A stretch of DNA of 63,256 nucleotides, filler included, from Saprolegnia diclina VS20 (taxonomy: Eukaryota), in the NCBI RefSeq assembly GCF_000281045.1. It is 12 parts of 6 records of this genome, joined end to end, with 100 filler letters (N's around TTAATTAATTAA, not from the genome) between each part and the next. Parts side by side here need not be neighbours in the genome. Positions count along the whole stretch, not along the records: positions 1 to 6,181 come from NW_008246209.1; positions 6,282 to 7,636 come from NW_008246209.1; positions 7,737 to 8,958 come from NW_008246209.1; positions 9,059 to 23,425 come from NW_008246210.1; 8 more parts are not named here. The stretch is one strand, 5' to 3'. The number at the start of each line of letters is the position of its first letter. The stretch's first letter is position 1. This document shows positions 1 to 9,713 of the stretch, piece by piece. The position numbers and the translations under genes are program-made. Under the pieces are notes generated by a model. The model was given only the letters and a program-made list of their open reading frames with translations. It did not search any database and was not told the origin of the DNA.

Positions 1-311
1 TGTTGGCCAACGCCAGAGGTACAAGTATATACCTGGCTAACGCTTGGGCGTATTGCATAAGTACCATTAACCATTAATAGGAAAAAATTGTTAGCAGTCT
101 TTCGATACTAAGAGCATCTCCATCCGACGTCCTATTTCCTATTTTCTCGGAGGGCTGTGATTGGTGGATCCTATCGTGAAATAGGAATAGGTTTGCCATC
201 TTCACCCGTCCTTCCTATCCAAGCGGCATATACCGGATAAATTCGAATTAGCCGGCTTCGCGCCTTTTTGTAAGCTCTTTTGCGCGCGCACTCACTTCGA
301 TATTAGCGTCA

Positions 312-530
312 ATGTACCGTAACTGGTGCGAGTTCTTGCTCGATGACGACGACGTTGACGAATTCGTGCACGAGGTATTTCACCGACCGAACAAGCGACG
401 CCACGGCGGCGGTGTTGTTGGTCGCAAGATGGTAAAGTGCGACATCGCGTCCGGCCACAGCAACATCATGCGCGACTACCTCAGCCCCGTTCCAACCTAC
501 GGCGAGACCCTCTTCAGACGTCGGTACTGT
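312..530 (+). pseudogene. N-terminal fragment of Harbinger (plant_tran-like) transposase
   Basis: GHSNIMRDYLSPVPTYGETLFRRRY matches the GH..L..DYF...P.Y....FRRRF motif. The DDE core is absent. Confidence 0.75.
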
Positions 531-555
531 CCCTACCATGGCGTTGTGCAATGCC

Positions 556-758
556 TTACCTGAGGACTTGCCACGCCGAGAGGTAGAAGAATCCATCCCT
601 AGCACCTTTCGGATGGGACTTGTACAGCTCCTGCGTCTTCTCGATCTGTCGCTCTTCGTTGCTACCGGACTCATTGGCGCGATTGGCGCGGGCGTACACA
701 TCCAAGCTCGCGCGAGCGTGGCGACCTCCTCTGGCGTCCAGATCTTTTGGCGACCCAT
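556..758 (-). pseudogene. Harbinger Myb/SANT (NAM-associated) DNA-binding protein remnant
   Basis: MGRQKIWTPEEVATLARAW, then in another frame ESGSNEERQIEKTQELYK...FFYLSAWQVLR. Frameshifted, and convergent with the transposase fragment. Confidence 0.7.
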
Positions 759-1510
759 TGCTATAGTGGGTCCAGGGAGCACAAGCCAAGGAACGCCCAG
801 TACCTTTTTATAGACGACGCACTTGGCGCTCGTGGATGGATCCCATTCGATGCTCCAATCAGATCCACGGGATAAATAGGACAGCCAATGGTACGGCAAT
901 ATTTTTTAGGCTAAGCCAATCAAATCGCCTAGAAATAGGATTTGGCTTCTATTTCGCGACGATTTTGACCTATTCGGTACCGCTTAGGACGAAAAAACGG
1001 CCGAATTTCTATTTTTTAGGGAATAGGAGGTCGGGTGGAGTTGTTTTTCCTATTTTATCCGGATGCCATTTCGCCAGCACCTCGAAATAGGGAATAGGAC
1101 GTCGGGTGGAGATGCTCTAAGGTTCCTATACTTGTTCGTATTTCTCTTGGGTCGAAGCAACAAGCACATTGCCTTCCACAGCGAAAAGCTCATCTTGTGG
1201 CGCTCATAAGAACGCATCGCTTTACAGTGAACCCGCTCCGACGTCGTCGATTATATAGGAAATATATATCAAGTGAAAGAACCGATCTGCGCGCCTTTCA
1301 AGCGACAATATCACCAAGGAGCATAAATCCGCATGTATGCCCCTTTCTATCACCAGCCCTAACATCTCCAATATTACTAAAACAATTGTGTCAGAGCTTG
1401 TCATGTATCGGCAATGACTACATAGCACGCATCCTCGATGCAACCTTCGTCGTCTTAGTCGTCCGGATACAAATGCACGGCCGTGTCCGGATACGCCAAA
1501 GTGCAATCTG

Positions 1511-2956
1511 ATGCGAGCCAGGGATGGGCTGACGCCGGCCTTGGCCCTCGACCACGTCATCCTCTTGATCGTCAAGCGTTTGTTCTTCCCGCGGGACGTC
1601 GTCGCGTTCTTGAGCGCCTTGCCATCGCTCGATGCGCCGCTGGCGGCGCTCCTTGGACTCTTGACGTCGTCCTCGCCGTTCAAGAAGCACTGGCCCATGC
1701 CCACCTTCGAAAAGGTGGGCCCACAACACATGCACCTCGCCGTCGCCGCACTGCCAGCGATCACATGCCTCCAAATTCGCAGCCTCTGGACCTTGAAGCG
1801 CGCACTCGGTGGTCGATACGCCACCGTCGGCGCGTTCGCTGCTGCCTGGCCGCATGCGATTGTATCGATAAAGGAAAATGTCGATCGCGGTAACCTTGCT
1901 CTCTTTCGCAGCCTCTTCCAGCACTGCTCGCAGCTTGGCGACGTAAGCATTGATGCGACATTACTTGCTGAGGTGCTTCCATCGCTGCCGTCGAGCATCT
2001 GCCACATCTCGATCTATCACGACAACGCCGACGACGACAACAATGGCGTCGCGTGGCGACTCGCGGTGCCCTTGCAAGAGTGGCTCTCGACAGGCCGAAA
2101 GAAGAAGCGCGTGACCATCCGCTGTGCGCTGGCGCCGGACGATGCCGCTGCGGTCGCCAACGTCCTTGCGACCGCGTCGTCGCTTACTGGGCTCGACATG
2201 CAGTCGTCCGAGCTCGTGGACGCACTTGTGACCAGCGACTTGTCGCTACCACATCTCACGCGCTTCACCATCTCGCATTCGTCAGTCAACATGGCGATGC
2301 AACTGATAACGCGTCTCGACCTTGCCACGCTCACGCGTCTCGATGTGCAGACCATGGTCGACGACCTCGGCGTGGTGCTACCCCTGCTCTCAACAATGCC
2401 GCGTCTCCAAGAGCTACGATTGAGCTATGGTCGGCTGCGGAAGACTCCGTTGGCGCTGGCCAACGCCACGCCACTCCTGCGCGAGCTGACGCTACACGGT
2501 GTTGTGGTTGCCTCGGACGACGCGCTGAACGAGCTCTTCCAGTGGACCTGTGGGCTGCAGCAGCTGCGATCGGTCTCGTGCGATGGCATGCGATTCCATG
2601 AAGGCAACTTGCCGATCCTGCAGTCGGCGCTGAACCACTGGATCAACGTGTCTGGCGTCACCGACGTTTGCTTGAGCGACTGCAAGCTGGGCAGAGAAGG
2701 CGTGACTATGGTGGCGGCGGTCCTTCAAGCCTCACCGAGATCGTCGACTCTGGAGCGTCTCGACCTCAGGTCCAACGTCGTCGACCTCTGCAGCGTGCGG
2801 GCTCTCGTTTCTGGAGTTGCCCACCTTTTGGATACAACCGTCCTTCTCGGCCGGCTCGCCGAGACGCACGACACGTCTGTCATCGAATCGGCATGTGGCG
2901 TTCACGTCGTGCACCAGCATGGTAGTGGCTACACTCTCTATTCCCCGCGATCTTGA
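1511..2956 (+). CDS. RNI-like leucine-rich repeat protein (481 aa, intronless)
   Basis: Long ORF with LxxLxL repeats (LQELRLSYGRL, LRELTLHGV, LERLDLRSNVV, VCLSDCKLGREG). Paralogous to 4350-5981. Confidence 0.8.
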   Translation: MRARDGLTPALALDHVILLIVKRLFFPRDVVAFLSALPSLDAPLAALLGLLTSSSPFKKHWPMPTFEKVGPQHMHLAVAALPAITCLQIRSLWTLKRALGGRYATVGAFAAAWPHAIVSIKENVDRGNLALFRSLFQHCSQLGDVSIDATLLAEVLPSLPSSICHISIYHDNADDDNNGVAWRLAVPLQEWLSTGRKKKRVTIRCALAPDDAAAVANVLATASSLTGLDMQSSELVDALVTSDLSLPHLTRFTISHSSVNMAMQLITRLDLATLTRLDVQTMVDDLGVVLPLLSTMPRLQELRLSYGRLRKTPLALANATPLLRELTLHGVVVASDDALNELFQWTCGLQQLRSVSCDGMRFHEGNLPILQSALNHWINVSGVTDVCLSDCKLGREGVTMVAAVLQASPRSSTLERLDLRSNVVDLCSVRALVSGVAHLLDTTVLLGRLAETHDTSVIESACGVHVVHQHGSGYTLYSPRS

Positions 2957-3844
2957 CACTNNNNNNNNNNNNNNNNNNNNNNNNNNNNNNNNNNNNNNNN
3001 NNNNNNNNNNNNNNNNNNNNNNNNNNNNNNNNNNNNNNNNNNNNNNNNNNNNNNNNNNNNNNNNNNNNNNNNNNNNNNNNNNNNNNNNNNNNNNNNNNNN
3101 NNNNNNNNNNNNNNNNNNNNNNNNNNNNNNNNNNNNNNNNNNNNNNNNNNNNNNNNNNNNNNNNNNNNNNNNNNNNNNNNNNNNNNNNNNNNNNNNNNNN
3201 NNNNNNNNNNNNNNNNNNNNNNNNNNNNNNNNNNNNNNNNNNNNNNNNNNNNNNNNNNNNNNNNNNNNNNNNNNNNNNNNNNNNNNNNNNNNNNNNNNNN
3301 NNNNNNNNNNNNNNNNNNNNNNNNNNNNNNNNNNNNNNNNNNNNNNNNNNNNNNNNNNNNNNNNNNNNNNNNNNNNNNNNNNNNNNNNNNNNNNNNNNNN
3401 NNNNNNNNNNNNNNNNNNNNNNNNNNNNNNNNNNNNNNNNNNNNNNNNNNNNNNNNNNNNNNNNNNNNNNNNNNNNNNNNNNNNNNNNNNNNNNNNNNNN
3501 NNNNNNNNNNNNNNNNNNNNNNNNNNNNNNNNNNNNNNNNNNNNNNNNNNNNNNNNNNNNNNNNNNNNNNNNNNNNNNNNNNNNNNNNNNNNNNNNNNNN
3601 NNNNNNNNNNNNNNNNNNNNNNNNNNNNNNNNNNNNNNNNNNNNNNNNNNNNNNNNNNNNNNNNNNNNNNNNNNNNNNNNNNNNNNNNNNNNNNNNNNNN
3701 NNNNNNNNNNNNNNNNNNNNNNNNNNNNNNNNNNNNNNNNNNNNNNNNNNNNNNNNNNNNNNNNNNNNNNNNNNNNNNNNNNNNNNNNNNNNNNNNNNNN
3801 NNNNNNNNNNNNNNNNNNNNNNNNNNNNNNNNNNNNNNNNNNNN

Positions 3845-4260
3845 NTCTACATGCAGAACGCGTCGAGAGCACTGTTCGAGACCTTGGAATGCATGAGCGA
3901 AAGCTCTTGCAGGCGCGACGTGACCATGGCAAAGTCCAGCGGAAATGCATCGAGGGGTCCGTCGAGCGCGAGTTCTTCGAGGTTGGGCATCGTTGGTAGG
4001 CGTTGCAGGACCATGCGAGGTCAACGGAGCCTTTTGGTGGGAGCCGTATGAGCGTGGCGGGGTCAAGATGGCGCACGAGCTGGCGGCATGCATATGCTCG
4101 TCGATCGCAAATCGTGTCAGATGCGGCAGCGGCTTGGTACCGAGCGCCGTCGCAAGGCCGTGCGGCCATTTGATGTAGAGGGCCACCACCGACGAAGTCG
4201 TTGCGACCAAATTGACGACCGCGGCACTTTGTGCACGCACGCTACCGACAATATGTGACC
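3845..4260 (-). pseudogene. Frameshifted fragment of the same RNI-like LRR family
   Basis: ATTSSVVALYI..LPHLTRFAI and LVRHLDPATLIRL resemble LATASSLTGLDM..LPHLTRFTI and LITRLDLATLTRL of 1511-2956 but sit in different frames. Cut by a gap. Confidence 0.55.
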
Positions 4261-4349
4261 CAATGAATCTGTGCCAATACCAAGTGGAGTCGGCCCTGTA
4301 ATCGCGCAGTGAAAACCATTTACTGTAGCACTCTAGTTGAAAATGTAAG

Positions 4350-5981
4350 TTAGTTGGCCTCACGCAAGGACGCTAGTCGATAGTCGGTGCCAAGCATGGT
4401 ACGCGTGGCGGACACGCGAACGCGATACGTGTCGGCCAGCGTAGTTGTGGTGAATCGGTCATAGTCTTTGTCGATGTACCGACAACTATCGTAGTAGGTC
4501 AATTCGACGACGCCACCGACGCTGCGTCCGGCGGCCGCCGCGAGTTGCTCAAAGCCGTCTTGCGTCAGCGTATCGTAGTCGGCCACTTCGATGCGCACTG
4601 GATGTGTCCGGCCAGCGAGCGCCGTCGCCAGCACCGCTGCGCAGGCTGCGTCCAGATCGTAGCGATGCAAGGTCACGTGGCGCAGTGACGTCGCGTGTCG
4701 AAAGCACCGAGCGAGCGCGTCACCCAGGCTGGCTTGCGAGGCGTCTATCAAGCAGGAACTGACGATTGAGACGCGGTCGAGAACCGGGCAGCGCGCCATA
4801 AAGTCCAAGAACGCGATGCGCGTCATGGGGCTCCCCATCTTGATGACGCACAAGTCGAGCGTATGCAGCGCCGACGATCCCTTGAGCGTCGTCGAGACAT
4901 TGCGCAGTGCGTAGGCTTTGAGCGAGAGCTCTTGCAGCGCCGGGAGCCGCGGTAACGTCGCTAGTATTGAGCTGACATCTTGCGCCATGCGACCGTTTTG
5001 TGCCATGTGCCCACAAAAATCGAGGCCCGTCACCTTGTCCATCGACAGAAGCTTGACGAGACGCAGTTCGTTGCTGGTGGTGTTGCCGTTGACTCGGACC
5101 TTGAGCTGCGTGACGCTCGAGAGCCGTGTTTGCGAGGTGAGCAAGACGTCGATGACCTTGTCCGAGTCGATGATTTCGAGGCGTGTGAGCGATGGAGCCA
5201 ATGCCAGTGCGGCTGGAAGCCCTTCGACCAAGCTACTCGTGATGTTGTCAAACACCAATGACGTGGCATGACCAGAGCGCAGCCACGGCGTCAGTGCTGA
5301 CGTGAGATCGAGGACGGTGTTGCCGTCGTCCCACTCCATCTCTTCGATCACCAAGCGACGTACACAGAACCGTGGCGACACCAGAAGTGCGAGGACCTCA
5401 CCGGCACGCGGCCACGTCACGTCAAGGCGGACATCGTCGAGCCGCGTGCAGGCATGCAAGAGCCGGACGAGCTCGTCATCATCGGTGGGTGTCGGCTGCC
5501 GAGTGATAGTGAGCGTGCCGAGCTTGGTCGGCCATTTCACGAGAAAACTCAAAAACGCNNNNNNNNNNNNNNNNNNNNNNNNNNNNNNNNNNNNNNNNNN
5601 NNNNNNNNNNNNNNNNNNNNNNNNNNNNNNNNNNNNNNNNNNNNNNNNNNNNNNNNNNCTCAAAAACGCGCGGTTGTTGGTGTAGCCGGGAACACTTGCG
5701 TTCTCAAAGAGGCTCTCAAAGCCAAAGGGATGCTCGATGCACACCGTGTCGAAGGCGGGGATGGCGGTTAGCAGGTGCGGCAGATACCGCGGACCCAACG
5801 ACTCGAAGCAAGGTCGAGGCCACACGCCACTGCGTTGGCCATTCATTGTGCCTTGCAAGAGGCCAAGTAGCGCCGTGAGCGGTGGTGAGAGCATCGATGT
5901 TGGGACGGCCGTGAGCAGCGCAAGCACCTCGTCTCGTGTCGCGATGTACGGCACGAGGTGAAGGAGCATGCTTTCCTCCAT
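4350..5981 (-). CDS. RNI-like leucine-rich repeat protein
   Basis: ORF from ATG 5981 (MEESMLLHL). LRR units LTRLEII, LQELSLKAY, LHTLDLC. Shares the N-terminal PL.ALLGLL...WP.P motif with 1511-2956. The internal gap has CTCAAAAACGC on both sides, so it is probably a contig overlap. Confidence 0.8.
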   Translation of the reverse strand: MEESMLLHLVPYIATRDEVLALLTAVPTSMLSPPLTALLGLLQGTMNGQRSGVWPRPCFESLGPRYLPHLLTAIPAFDTVCIEHPFGFESLFENASVPGYTNNRAFLXXXXXXXXXXXXXXXXXXXXXXXXXXXXXXXXXXAFLSFLVKWPTKLGTLTITRQPTPTDDDELVRLLHACTRLDDVRLDVTWPRAGEVLALLVSPRFCVRRLVIEEMEWDDGNTVLDLTSALTPWLRSGHATSLVFDNITSSLVEGLPAALALAPSLTRLEIIDSDKVIDVLLTSQTRLSSVTQLKVRVNGNTTSNELRLVKLLSMDKVTGLDFCGHMAQNGRMAQDVSSILATLPRLPALQELSLKAYALRNVSTTLKGSSALHTLDLCVIKMGSPMTRIAFLDFMARCPVLDRVSIVSSCLIDASQASLGDALARCFRHATSLRHVTLHRYDLDAACAAVLATALAGRTHPVRIEVADYDTLTQDGFEQLAAAAGRSVGGVVELTYYDSCRYIDKDYDRFTTTTLADTYRVRVSATRTMLGTDYRLASLREAN

Positions 5982-6225
5982 CGCACTACCAGTACTAGTA
6001 CGCTCCAATTGCAAAGTGAGCTTAGGAAGGATCACAGCAACTCTCCAGGGTTCTGAATAATGTACTGGATTCTTTGAAAGGTCAAAATTCGCAGTACTGT
6101 CTTGTGATTGGTTCTCTTCTGAAATGGACCGACATTCCGACTACAACCCGCCCTGGCCTGAATGACGGTCAATTGAAGGCCNNNNNNNNNNNNNNNNNNN
6201 NNNNNNNNNNNNNNNNNNNNNNNNN

Positions 6226-6237
6226 TTAATTAATTAA
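6226..6237. other. Artificial scaffold spacer TTAATTAATTAA (also at 7681, 9003, 23470, 31839, 33398, 54282, 57248, 58513, 59663, 61817)
   Basis: Identical 12-mer with stops in all six frames, always centred in a 100-nt N block. Confidence 0.97.
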
Positions 6238-6519
6238 NNNNNNNNNNNNNNNNNNNNNNNNNNNNNNNNNNNNNNNNNNNNGCATCGAGGTGACGATCTC
6301 TTGGCCATAAAAAGTTAACGAATGTTTTTCGCTTGACGCAATGGCCAGACACACGAGGTTGCCCACTCTCTTTATCATTTTAAGTTCACAGCGCATTTCA
6401 ACACCAAAGTGAAATAAATAGTGCTGTGAGAAAAGGCGCACCAAGTCTTCCCCCGTCGAAGTTTCCGACGGTGTCCGATAACAGGTCTTCTCTTTATCAT
6501 TGAAGTGGTCAGCCCCGTT

Positions 6520-7166
6520 CAAGTCACAGGAAGCTTAAACCGCATCTGCGTCGGCAATGATATGGACTATGCAGTCACATGCTCGAGCGGCGTCGTCTCG
6601 ACCGGTAGTGGCAGCCGTGCGCTCACCGCTGTCGTTGTCCAAGGAGGCATTTTGCTCGTGTGCTTGGGCGCATCGTGGCTGCAGATGCGAGGCGCCAAGC
6701 GCGCTGCGACCGAGGCGTCCCTTCTCGTAAGCGGCATAGCTCAAGCCTATATCGTCACCGAGACGTCGGGATCCTCCCAGTTTACCATCGACCACGTCGC
6801 ATGCGTTCTCATGGGGCTCTTGCCGCTGCGTTTCCGAGGTGCCGACTACACGTTTGACATCAAGCTCTGGCTGGTCCTGCGTGACGAGCTGTCGTCGACG
6901 AGCTATCTAAAAGTCTTTTCACGGCCGGCGTTTGCTCGGCAAACCGTGGTTGTGAAGCCACAAGTTGCACCTACTGTCCTCGACGCAGAGCCTCGGTCAA
7001 TGCCGCGAGGGTATACGATCATTCGTGTCTTGGGTCTTGGCTACGTGTCCTCGTCGATCCTTGGCTCGGTCTCGTATCTTAGTGTCTCGGAAGTCAACTT
7101 GGCGAATGATGTGTACTGGGCCATCTTCAACACCACCGGCGCGCACGCGTTTATCGCCAACTGGCT
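6520..7166 (+). pseudogene. Fragment of oomycete large multi-transmembrane repeat protein family, interrupted at about 7167
   Basis: Hydrophobic helices plus YTFDIKLW and LANDVYWAIFNTTGAHAFIANWL motifs, followed by an abrupt switch to AT-richer sequence and a stop. Confidence 0.6.
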
Positions 7167-7736
7167 CAAGGAACGGGGATATGAGATCAAAGGTGCAAAG
7201 AGGTTCATTTGTCACTTTGAATAAAGCGATATGGCGACTCGCCGTGCCTCTCGATACGTTCAATAGCGCTCGAGCATATCGCAAATCAGGACATAGTACG
7301 TCTTAATCATCCCGTATTCATACAGCAAAGTTATATATGTCAAGTGGATGTAAGCGATCTCTTATATACCCTTGACATGCATAATACTAGTATGCACATG
7401 AGACCACAAGACGATAGCTCGCGTTGCTACGTCATTCAAAGCGAACGAGACCCATGGCATTAACCTCTCGAGGCTTATGAGCGGTGATTGTAGAATAAGA
7501 ACTGTGTGTTGCCGACGTTGAAAGGCACGGGTGCTTCTAGCGTCCCACGAGCCATATAAGAGCGTGCCGAGATGCCGTGTCAGGATGATCTTCGATCCAA
7601 ATGGCTAGCCGTGCATCCGACTCCGACTGTCAGAGANNNNNNNNNNNNNNNNNNNNNNNNNNNNNNNNNNNNNNNNNNNNTTAATTAATTAANNNNNNNN
7701 NNNNNNNNNNNNNNNNNNNNNNNNNNNNNNNNNNNN

Positions 7737-8958
7737 CCGTACTGCTATCTCGATATGAAGAAGACGTGGACGATGGCCAACTCGATCAAGCGCCAAGCGA
7801 GGTGCGACACCAGTATGACGACCAACGGCGCTGTGTATTTGGAGACAGTGCTTCGCAACATTGATTTCGGTATCTTCTACAGCTGCTGGGGCAATGGCTT
7901 TGACATTGGCATTGGCGCCGAGCTCCAGTTGTCATCAGAAGGTCGCGCTTGGCTGGCAATGGTCTCTGGTGCGACTCCGCAGCTAAGTACGAGTGACGAA
8001 GCTCTCTACTGGCGGTCGTTTGGTCTCACTTCGTTTGAGACACAGTGGCAAAACTACAAGCAGCTTGGTGTGCGCAACAGCTACTCGATCATCAACGCAT
8101 TTGGCATTGCGTATCCGCTCACTCTAGTGTCTCAAGCGGGTTCATACCGTCGCGGCAGTCAGACAACATACAAAATGTACTGGTCGCTGGCCAACGATCT
8201 CTCGGCCGTCGCCATGAACACATCCGGCATCGGTGGTCTCAGTCTTCTACGGTCCAGTGCCAACTACGCCTTTGCAAACACCTCGCTCTTCAATGTATAC
8301 GCCATCAACGGCACGTTGGCGTCACCACTACCGCCAGGATCCCAGCTCACAACGTCGCTACTGGGACCGTTTGGCTCGATCGACATGGTCTATGTACCAC
8401 CACCACCGAAAGTGCAACAGCTCATGTCGACGCTATTGGAGCTGACACGGGCACCGCTGGCAGGCACTTTAGCGGTCCAAGCTGCCTACTACAACATTAC
8501 ACCGCTGGATATTTCGTACCCCGTGCCCGGGGCATGGCTGGCGCTGCCGTACCCGGCGTCCTATGGCGGGTCGCCGCTGTGCCCCGACATAACAGCGTCG
8601 CGGCTCATGACCGCAGGGCTCTTCGCCATCGTCTCGTACGACGCTATTTGTCTCTCGGCGTCCGGCACGACGGCGCGCATCCAACCTACGCGGCAACACT
8701 ACGTTTTGAGTGCGCTCATGGCGCAGCTCGACAGCAGCACCAACATGACGCGCGTGTGCGCCCACGACGTGGCGTACGTCCTGCAGTGTGCCGTGTACCT
8801 TCGGTCGACGGTATCCTACATCAATTCCTACGTGCCCCAATCAGAGGCGGTCCGCGCTTCGATCCTCGACATACGCGACACCGTGCGCGCGCTCGACATT
8901 TCATTTTTGCTCTTTTTCCGCGACAATGCGTCGACGCCCGTGCTCCAGCTGCAGTCTC
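7737..8958 (+). CDS. Partial oomycete multi-TM repeat family protein (extracellular segment)
   Basis: Open frame across the whole contig: YCYLD...WTMANSIKRQARC...NGAVYLETVLRN, QWQNYKQLG, LGPFGSIDM, GGSPLC. Both ends lie in gaps. Confidence 0.75.
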
Positions 8959-9713
8959 NNNNNNNNNNNNNNNNNNNNNNNNNNNNNNNNNNNNNNNNNN
9001 NNTTAATTAATTAANNNNNNNNNNNNNNNNNNNNNNNNNNNNNNNNNNNNNNNNNNNNCAAGCGCTTTTGACGGGAAAAGCGTCGATTGCGCTGGAAGCG
9101 TTTGGCAACATCAACGAGCAGTTCTTCAAGTGCCGCGGTGACACGTACTAAGCGGGACTAGTAGGTGTTGTCAGCGTGTGACACATGTATATTGTCGTAG
9201 TGTATATCTGCAGTGATGGCGATCGAAGGCATCATGGTAACAGTAGCGTCCACTGCGATCGAAGCAGCGGCTCAAGTGAATAGCAGATTTGGTTATATTG
9301 GTTCTATGTGTTGTGCTACAAGTCATGGCGTCTGAAGTCGAGAAATGCTCTTTGAAGTAGACACGTGTTCGCGTAGAATTCAAGCTTGGCAAACGAGCTA
9401 AATTACGTTGCTTACGACGTAAGAATGTCTTGAATATACTCTACAAGTGTGCTCATACTTGGAGGCAAAGGACCTTACAAACTCACAAACCCTAACCCAC
9501 GTCGACCTTCGAGGTCTTGTGCGAGATGTGGCAGGATAGACCAACCCAGTTACCGCATCCTTCGTCGTCAAGTATCTATATAGTCTCTTCATCAGCTCCA
9601 CTAATCGTTTTTCGACTTGCCAGCAGCTGCCACTGTCACCTAGTTGGACCTTGTTGTAGTTGAAAAACAGTTATACGATACGCGACGACGATTTTTACGG
9701 TAGACGACCGTGT

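Larger units (their letters stand above)
112..1117. mobile_element. Internally deleted PIF/Harbinger DNA transposon (non-autonomous)
   Basis: TIR GAGCATCTCCATCCGACGTCCTATT.. at 112 and its reverse complement ..AATAGGACGTCGGGTGGAGATGCTC ending at 1117. TAA target duplication at 109-111 and 1118-1120. Subterminal CCTATTT/AAATAGG repeats. Remnants of both Harbinger ORFs lie inside. Confidence 0.92.

Noticed and set aside
2732..4363. Long ORFs spanning N gaps (also near 24 kb, 35.5 kb, 40.5 kb, 49 kb and 53 kb)
   Set aside because: Their length comes from translated Ns.
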